Below are positions 57,852 to 64,000 of a stretch of DNA of 64,000 nt, piece after piece. The notes under the pieces are model-generated. The model had not been told where the DNA came from. It saw only the letters and a list, made by a program, of their open reading frames with translations, and made no database searches. Location of the stretch: positions 32,103 through 96,102 of the IMG/VR virus record IMGVR_UViG_3300032250_000391; one strand, written 5' to 3'. Each line of letters begins with the position of its first letter. Positions within the stretch are counted from its first letter, which is position 1. This DNA comes from a virus. Its lineage: Duplodnaviria; Caudoviricetes. A program made the position numbers and the translations under genes.

Positions 57852-59065
57852 TACACTTTACCGAAAATGCGCTGTGCCATTCCGTCAACTACTTCGCGGT
57901 CGGCTCTTGTCATCTTGTTAATAAATGCCAGACTCAAACCTGTACGCCAAGAACCACGACGCATACCGATTTTAGCGGCATTAATTAATGCGCGAGGACT
58001 AACTGGCTTGCTAATTCTGTTAGCGCCGTAAGCTTCACGAATAGATGTACCAAACTCGATAAGCTTTTCTGCATCCTCTTTTAAGATGCCAGCTTGGTTA
58101 ATTAAGATTTGAGTCTCTACCTTTGCTGGCATATATTTGACTTCAACTACAATGCCAAAACGGTCATAGTTCGCTTCGTTTTGAATGTTGGTACCTTGAT
58201 ACAGTCCAGTCTCGTCGCCAGAACCGTTTGTATTTCCTGTAGCAACAAAGCGAAAGTTTGGATGCGGTTTAATAACGCGATTAGCTTGGTCAGCCTCCTT
58301 AATTACAAGTGACTTACCCTCAAGCACGGGTTGATATACGGACAATACGGACGGAATACCGAAGTCGTATTCGTCAGCCATGTAAGTCCATCCATACTTC
58401 ATTGCTAAAGCTAATGGACCCAACTCGAATACGGTATGCCCTTCTTTGACAGTCCATTGACCGACAATGTGACTTTCTTCCGTATTGACCGTGTGCTGTA
58501 CACGAATGATTGGACGGTTAGTACGTCCAGAGACTTGCTCAAATAAAGTAGACTTACCAGTGCCTGCATGTCCCCACGCATAGACTGGAATGTTAAGCTC
58601 TAGTCCAAGTAGTACGTTTTTAAGAATTTCGATATCAAAGATGTAACCATCGTCAATCTCTGGAACCATGTCTGAATGTTGCTCGGAGCTTGATAACAAT
58701 GAAACCGATATTGGTTCGCCGCGACTATTCATGGCAGCTTTAACTTTGCCCAGTCCAAATAACTCATGCATCGAACGTTTAATTACTCCGTCTTTTGGAA
58801 CAAAAGTTGTGACGGTCGCGGCTGAAGCGCCTGCCATTTCTACAATTGCGCCATCCTCTTTCTTAGCATGTAAAAAATCGGCTAAACGACTTTTAGCTAA
58901 TTCGCTCATTAAAGGTGCATCTGGAAACTCAGCTTGATAACGCTCTACAGTCCAGCCGTCATGCTCTTTTAAATGTAGTTGAACCGCATGTACGGATGCT
59001 CCGCATATCTGACACGTAATTTTTTCACTCATGTTTTTCTCCTTAATCGTCCGGTGTTTACTCAC
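57851..59065 (-). CDS. MoxR/CbbQ-type AAA+ ATPase (CobS-like) with N-terminal C2H2 finger
   Basis: GHAGTGKS, ADEYD, ATGNT, DRF, SPR; probable start MSEKITC. Confidence 0.85.
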   Translation of the reverse strand: MSKHRTIKEKNMSEKITCQICGASVHAVQLHLKEHDGWTVERYQAEFPDAPLMSELAKSRLADFLHAKKEDGAIVEMAGASAATVTTFVPKDGVIKRSMHELFGLGKVKAAMNSRGEPISVSLLSSSEQHSDMVPEIDDGYIFDIEILKNVLLGLELNIPVYAWGHAGTGKSTLFEQVSGRTNRPIIRVQHTVNTEESHIVGQWTVKEGHTVFELGPLALAMKYGWTYMADEYDFGIPSVLSVYQPVLEGKSLVIKEADQANRVIKPHPNFRFVATGNTNGSGDETGLYQGTNIQNEANYDRFGIVVEVKYMPAKVETQILINQAGILKEDAEKLIEFGTSIREAYGANRISKPVSPRALINAAKIGMRRGSWRTGLSLAFINKMTRADREVVDGMAQRIFGKV

Positions 59066-59137
59066 TTGCTACAGTCACTATATTAGTGACTAATACTAGG
59101 CAAAACAAGTCACCAGTGACTTATTTATATAGGCAAG

Positions 59138-61210
59138 TTAATTGAGCAGTAGGTCTTTTAACTGACGCACTACCGTACTTGGTAAATCATTGATGTTTTC
59201 CAACACCACATTGCGTTTATAGTAGTCTTTAACGCTGTCCGACTGAATACCAATGCCTACAATTTTGGTACCGCTACTTTCAATCTGGCTTACAACTTTT
59301 GTTAGATTACCTCTTTGCTGATGTCCGCTACCACTACAGCACGGAGCACCGTCTGAAAGCACCATAATTATTTTTCCAGTTTCTCTACGTTGCATTAACC
59401 GACGTGCGGCTATTTCTAAACATTCACCATCGACGTTTTGAGATAGCCTAATATGCGGAAGATAAGCAAAACGTTTTTTGATGTCAATGGTCATGCGGTC
59501 ATTAAAGCTCTTAACTACTGGCATATAAATTCGGTCACGTCGTGAAAAATTACGTCCCAATTTTATTTGGGCGTCTTGAACTTCTTGCTCAGTAATTTTT
59601 GTTTTAACATCCTTGAATGAACCACGACTGTCTCCGTACACTCCATCAGTTGTAAAACCAATCACCTCGTGAGATATTTGCAATCTATCCAATACAGAGG
59701 ACATTGCATAAGCGGCTTGAGCGGCAGTGTAGATACGTCCACCTCCGGACATTGAGCCTGAACAGTCAATGACCAACGAAACAGCAACATCCTTGCTCTG
59801 ACTCTCATGCTTGCGTCGGAACACACGACTATCGTTAACTGCCAAACGTGCAAGGTTGGCGGCGTGAAGTCGTCCTGAGCGATGTCCGCTAGTCCAGCTT
59901 GAATACGAACGAGCAGTAATGGCACGCTCTAAGTCTTTTTGAAGTGGAGCGACTATGTGGTCTACCTTATTTTGCAAATCAGTTAGGTATTCTTCATACC
60001 ATCTAGTTATTTTTAATGGTTCAATGACATCTTCGTCTTTGGAGTACACAATATACTCAGAGTCTTTAAGGGCTTCGATTGTGCTGTCTGCGATAGCGCC
60101 AGAAACAGCGGCTTCAAAGTCCGCCTCTTTCATTGCTTTCTCAAACTCGTCAGGAGAAAATGTTGCACCCTTACCCCTGTCATCGCTCGCGTCAGGGTTA
60201 GAAGAAGCTTCGCCCTCTTTAGTTTCGCTATCGCCAGCAGTGTAGGTTTCATGACTGTCGTCATCATCTTTTTTGTCATCCGATTTATCTGAGCCTTCCG
60301 AGCTTTCTGAGCTTTCGCCCTTCTCGCTTTTTTCACCCTCACTATGGTCGCTTGGTTCTTTATCATCGCTTGGGTCTCTGTCATGTGTTTCATCTGAGCT
60401 TCCTTCGTCGTCTATAGGTTCATCGTCAGAGTCAGCTTCCATTTTGTCGCCAGAAGATGACCCAGTAGTATCGGCTTCCGTATCATCGGATGCTTTCTTT
60501 TTGTGAGTGCTTTTTCCACCAGTACCTCTATCTTCGGGCGTGTCACCGTCACCGCCCATCTTGTCTTTTGGTGGAGTCTCAAGCGCTGCCTTCATTTCTA
60601 CCGCAATATCGTAAGCATCCTGCGTCGACTGCATTTCGCCGATACGTCTAATTAAGTCTGCTCCACAGCGGTCGATAACTTCTTCAAACAAGTACCACTT
60701 GTCATTCATGTAATTTTGGAATAGTTTCTGACCCGCCCAAGCGCGAATGGCTGGCACCATTAAAATCATTACTGATTTTTTGAAATCCATTTTTGACATT
60801 GATTCGTTAAATGCTGGCGTTGTATAACGCTCAAGAAAGAACTCACCAACTTTCTGTAGATTCCAAGCGGAACCGTCAAACTTTTTGGTCATACAAATCT
60901 CAATACGCGGGTCTTCAAGCGTATTAAGGTAATTCATAACGCCCTCTTTATGACCTCTGTTTAATACGCCGAAATCTGAAAACAGGATATGCGCAACTTC
61001 GTGGTCTAAAAACCCTTGAATTGCATTAATAAGTGCTTCGTCGGCATTGTCCGGAATGTAAGGAAGATTAACGCGAACTGGCTTACCAGAAGAGTCACTT
61101 TGTACGAAAGCGTTGACTCCACTTTGAGTTACTTTAATTCCTTGTCCTGAGATGATTTGGGTAATTTTTACTACCGCATCCCTTAAAACATCTATTCTAC
61201 TGATTGCCAT
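59138..61210 (-). CDS. vWA-domain partner protein (CobT-like) with N-terminal HExxH
   Basis: HEVAH, acidic linker, DCSGSM MIDAS, LSDG. Confidence 0.85.
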   Translation of the reverse strand: MAISRIDVLRDAVVKITQIISGQGIKVTQSGVNAFVQSDSSGKPVRVNLPYIPDNADEALINAIQGFLDHEVAHILFSDFGVLNRGHKEGVMNYLNTLEDPRIEICMTKKFDGSAWNLQKVGEFFLERYTTPAFNESMSKMDFKKSVMILMVPAIRAWAGQKLFQNYMNDKWYLFEEVIDRCGADLIRRIGEMQSTQDAYDIAVEMKAALETPPKDKMGGDGDTPEDRGTGGKSTHKKKASDDTEADTTGSSSGDKMEADSDDEPIDDEGSSDETHDRDPSDDKEPSDHSEGEKSEKGESSESSEGSDKSDDKKDDDDSHETYTAGDSETKEGEASSNPDASDDRGKGATFSPDEFEKAMKEADFEAAVSGAIADSTIEALKDSEYIVYSKDEDVIEPLKITRWYEEYLTDLQNKVDHIVAPLQKDLERAITARSYSSWTSGHRSGRLHAANLARLAVNDSRVFRRKHESQSKDVAVSLVIDCSGSMSGGGRIYTAAQAAYAMSSVLDRLQISHEVIGFTTDGVYGDSRGSFKDVKTKITEQEVQDAQIKLGRNFSRRDRIYMPVVKSFNDRMTIDIKKRFAYLPHIRLSQNVDGECLEIAARRLMQRRETGKIIMVLSDGAPCCSGSGHQQRGNLTKVVSQIESSGTKIVGIGIQSDSVKDYYKRNVVLENINDLPSTVVRQLKDLLLN

Positions 61211-61325
61211 TTATTCTCTCCGAATGTTAGTCACTAATGAATGACTACATAATAGAATAAAAAAGCAGGCTTGTGCTATTACCCGCTTTAAATGCCTTAC
61301 TACTGCCTAGTATTGTATTTGGATA

Positions 61326-61508
61326 TTACAGAATTTTAAAAGAGCTGCCAATTGAAGATGCTACCACTATAGTAGGAGTCTGATTATGCAAAACTTCATG
61401 AACAACGGCATGACCAACATCTTTGGTGCTCAATACAACACCTAAATCCATGATTTCAGACAAATCTTCATCAGAAATAACTTCCACAGTTTTAGTTTTA
61501 ATAACCAC
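61326..61508 (-). CDS. Hypothetical protein
   Basis: GAGGAG RBS. Confidence 0.5.
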   Translation of the reverse strand: MVIKTKTVEVISDEDLSEIMDLGVVLSTKDVGHAVVHEVLHNQTPTIVVASSIGSSFKIL

Positions 61509-61782
61509 TTTTGAACTCCTCGCTGGATTATGTGTTTATAATTTTTAGTGATTAGTTACCAGTTAATAACTTTCGCACTAATTTTTCTTTATTATTACAA
61601 TTTCTATTATATATATAAAAAAAATTATAGTGCAACAAATTATCAGCAATTAGTGAACTTTTTTTTGGAGAGTATTGGGTGTATTTTTAAATTTAATAGC
61701 AATTCGTATATTTTTAGTAATATAATTCAGTAGTGAGTATTTATTTTAACTTGCCAGCACACAGAAAAGGAGAGGAATTATA

Positions 61783-62202
61783 ATGATTGAAACTACTATT
61801 GCCAAGCAACATTTGCCAAAAGTACCGCAATATCTTAGCGCTCAAATTCAGATTTCAGGATTAAGGCAAAAGGACATTGCGGACGCTCTTGGCTATACAA
61901 AACCAAACATTATCACCATGTTTAAGCAAGGTCTTACCAAGCTGCCAATTGAGAAAGTTGGTGCATTGGCTAAAGTCTTAGGCGTTGACCCTGTGTATCT
62001 GCTTCGCGTGGTTATGAATGACTACATGCCTGGCACATACAATGCAATTATTTCTATCTTTGGTCAAGAACCAATTACCGAAAACGAAATGCAAATTATT
62101 AAAAAAATAAGGACTTTAAGTAACGGTAGCAATCCAGAGTTAGAAGACGGCGATAGAGAAGCAAACAAAAAATTGGAAGAATTTGTTGAAATATTGATTT
62201 AA
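61783..62202 (+). CDS. XRE-family HTH regulator (putative prophage repressor)
   Basis: RQKDIADALGY..PNIITMFKQG..KLP; divergent from the replication operon. Confidence 0.8.
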   Translation: MIETTIAKQHLPKVPQYLSAQIQISGLRQKDIADALGYTKPNIITMFKQGLTKLPIEKVGALAKVLGVDPVYLLRVVMNDYMPGTYNAIISIFGQEPITENEMQIIKKIRTLSNGSNPELEDGDREANKKLEEFVEILI

Positions 62203-62208
62203 ATATTT

Positions 62209-62239
62209 TAAAACCACAATTTTTTTCTTGTGGTTTTTG
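62209..62239 (+). terminator. Terminator after the repressor gene
   Basis: AAAACCACAA-loop-TTGTGGTTTT. Confidence 0.55.
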
Positions 62240-62353
62240 ATTGTGCAAAATAATAAGTCATTAGTTATTTACTTTATTTTTTCCTTAATTTATCATTAAA
62301 TAATTACTTACAGGAGAAGAATATCATCGGCACGATGAACATTCACTAGGCTA

Positions 62354-62533
62354 ATGAAAAACGTATACAAGATTGATGATGTAATGGCGATGCTGGATAT
62401 TAAAAGTAGAGCAACTTTTTGGCGCAAACGTAAGAGCGGCTTTATTCCTGCTCCAGACATTAATACTGGACACCCTAGATGGTTCAGAGCTACTTTAGAG
62501 AAGCACTTACCCAATCTGACCACCAACTCATAA
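62354..62533 (+). CDS. AlpA-like excisionase / recombination directionality factor, missing from the ORF track
   Basis: MKNVYKIDDVMAMLDIKSRATFWRKRKSGFIPAPDINTGHPRW...; overlaps the integrase 3' end convergently. Confidence 0.8.
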   Translation: MKNVYKIDDVMAMLDIKSRATFWRKRKSGFIPAPDINTGHPRWFRATLEKHLPNLTTNS

Positions 62534-63620
62534 GTTTAATTCGCTCTTCCAGATATTCTGCGCGATTGTAGGCTGCTCTAACTAAGTTCGTCTCTTTGTG
62601 AGCTAACTGCCTCTCGATAACATCATGAGCGAATGATGACCTTTCATTGAGAATGGTAGAAGCAAGCGCCCTGAAACCATGCACTGTCATCTTGCCTCTA
62701 TAACCTAGGCGATAAAGAGCGTAAAGCATTGTGTTCTCAGAAATAGGTTTGCCTTTTCTCAATGGTGATTGAAAAACAAATTCGTAGTCACCATTGAACA
62801 CCTCAATCTCCTTTAGTATGCTTAAAGCAAAGTCGGACAAAGGAACAACATGAGACAGATTCATTTTCATTCGTTCTTCGGGTATTACCCAGAACCGTTT
62901 ATCTTTGATTTCAGACCAACGCATGTAGCGTAACTCGCTAGAGCGGACAAAAACTAACGAGGCAAAGATAAGCCCATACCGAGTTACAGGCTCATCATAA
63001 GAGTTTATAGCTTTCATTAACGTCGCCATTTCGTCTATCTCAACGCAGTTCATGTGCTTCTTTTTTGGTGTCTGCAATACTCTAGACAATCCTGTCGCGC
63101 TATGGGACTCTATCTCTCCCTCGTCTACCAGCCAATCAAACATCTGTCTTAGGTGCGTTCCTACGCGGTGTGCCGTCTCGATAATGCCGCCCTCTTGCAC
63201 TGTCTTAACAATGCCCACTAAATGCGCTCGTTTAATAGTATCTATCGGCATGTTGCCAATTGTAGGCGACACAAACGTATCAATGCGGTAAACCACTTGT
63301 TGTTTGTGCTTAATGTTCTTAAGTTCTGGAAGTTTGTGTAAATACCACTTTCTTTTCATTTCATCGAAAGTAGGCAGTGTTTTTACCGTAACTTGGGTTA
63401 ATTCAATTTTGAAGGCGTTAAGTAGAAGTCTGGCATCGGCTACGCCAATGTCTGGGTATCTGCCGAATGTTTTGGTTTGTTGTTTACCGTTCTTTACATA
63501 ATTGAAACGCCAACTCTTTGTACCCGATGGCAAGATTTCAATATACAAGCCGTGGCCGTCTGTCAGCTTGTAAGGTTTAGCTTGAGGCTTAGAACCGTCA
63601 ATTTTCTTGTTAGTAATCAT
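62490..63620 (-). CDS. int: Tyrosine integrase (P4-like, arm-binding domain)
   Basis: YKLTDGHGL, VRSSE, HGFR, LAH, AAYNR. Confidence 0.95.
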   Translation of the reverse strand: MITNKKIDGSKPQAKPYKLTDGHGLYIEILPSGTKSWRFNYVKNGKQQTKTFGRYPDIGVADARLLLNAFKIELTQVTVKTLPTFDEMKRKWYLHKLPELKNIKHKQQVVYRIDTFVSPTIGNMPIDTIKRAHLVGIVKTVQEGGIIETAHRVGTHLRQMFDWLVDEGEIESHSATGLSRVLQTPKKKHMNCVEIDEMATLMKAINSYDEPVTRYGLIFASLVFVRSSELRYMRWSEIKDKRFWVIPEERMKMNLSHVVPLSDFALSILKEIEVFNGDYEFVFQSPLRKGKPISENTMLYALYRLGYRGKMTVHGFRALASTILNERSSFAHDVIERQLAHKETNLVRAAYNRAEYLEERIKLMSWWSDWVSASLK

Positions 63621-63789
63621 GGTATCAGTTTTCTATGCCATTAGTCATACCATGAGGATACTTGAAACAGAATGGTATAGACTGAAACATAGCTAAACAG
63701 TTGTGAACGTTGTAAGCCTTGTACTATATAGGCTATCGAAATGAAATGAAACAGTTTTGAATATTTTTGAATAGTGTGAAATAAAGCAT

Positions 63790-63863
63790 TGGAGGCGCGA
63801 GCCGGAGTCGAACCGGCCTAAACGGCTTTGCAGGCCGCGGCATAACCGCTTTGCTATCGCGCC
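63790..63863 (-). tRNA. tRNA-Cys(GCA), host; probable attachment site
   Basis: GGCGCGA acceptor, CTGCAAA anticodon loop, GGTTCGACTCC, CCA. Confidence 0.95.
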
Positions 63864-63962
63864 TTAAAGAACAACAACTAAATTAAACAAAGTGCCTAAA
63901 ATTTAGATGCCTCAAACTAAAACGGCGAAAGCATGCATGCATTCGCCGTATCATTTATTATT

Positions 63963-64000
<38 letters not shown>

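Larger units (their letters stand above)
24078..61270 (-). promoter_or_regulatory. Dispersed promoter family (YGCC-N7/8)-(G/C)CCT-N12-(-10 hexamer), about 19 copies
   Basis: Leftmost plus-strand coordinate of each -10 hexamer: 24078, 24709, 24902, 25303, 26561, 27607, 29003, 29869, 30937, 32299, 33024, 34106, 35044, 36320, 36413, 38494, 40689, 59080, 61249; each has AGG(C/G) exactly 18 nt to the right. Confidence 0.8.
294..62271. promoter_or_regulatory. Dispersed 18-bp palindrome TAAGTCA-N4-TGACTTA, about 30 copies (putative operators)
   Basis: Starts at 294, 6443, 9685, 10673, 13279, 15339, 17730, 19218, 20788, 21784, 24511, 25687, 29894, 33049, 34080, 35018, 36345, 36445, 38519, 40424, 41900, 44255, 44423, 48659, 52517, 53188, 59106, 61227, 62254; almost all intergenic or at gene junctions. 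Confidence 0.85.
1..63789. mobile_element. Large temperate siphovirus prophage (SSU5/pHCM2-like gene content), right end at host tRNA-Cys; left end outside the window
   Basis: Continuous phage tail, head, packaging and replication genes ending in repressor, excisionase and integrase beside the tRNA-Cys 3' end. Confidence 0.93.

Noticed and set aside
57851-61210. cobS/cobT as cobalamin biosynthesis genes
   Set aside because: No cobN or other cob genes; MoxR AAA+/vWA pairs are common in phage replication regions
62308-62526. Minus-strand 72-aa ORF
   Set aside because: Shadow of the plus-strand AlpA-like gene 62354..62533
1372-63501. Many plus-strand ORFs inside minus-strand genes (e.g. 1372, 6681, 10629, 18832, 29960, 55679)
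   Set aside because: Antisense shadows of well-supported genes

Overview
Almost the whole window (1 to about 63790) is the right-hand part of a large temperate siphovirus prophage. It abuts a host tRNA-Gly/tRNA-Cys cluster at the right edge, next to a tyrosine integrase, an AlpA-like excisionase and an XRE repressor. Gene content resembles SSU5/pHCM2-type phages: tail and head genes, terminase, a ParB-ParB-ABC ATPase-GNAT block, SF2 helicase, about 13 kb of small leftward genes, ThyX, NrdAB, RuvC-like, SbcCD, RecA, 5'-3' exonuclease, SSB, DnaE, a sigma-like factor and a MoxR AAA+/vWA pair. The main observations not shown by the ORF track are: (1) a ~765-bp island with one winged-helix-like gene that almost lacks GG/CC dinucleotides, next to DNA rich in GCCT/AGGC; (2) about 19 non-canonical promoters of the form YGCC-N7/8-YGCCT-N12-(-10); (3) about 30 copies of the palindrome TAAGTCA-N4-TGACTTA; (4) a type I hammerhead ribozyme 8 nt upstream of a phage tRNA-Arg(UCU), with an anti-Shine-Dalgarno-like loop; (5) a stand-alone pqqA gene, suggesting a Methylophilaceae host; (6) a probably leaderless ArfA-like ORF; (7) a DnaE-UDG-like fusion; (8) a -1 tail-chaperone frameshift. 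Items 1 and 2 plus the ParB/ABC/GNAT block suggest, by inference only, a coupled DNA-modification and transcription-activation system. All calls are by eye; no database searches were run.
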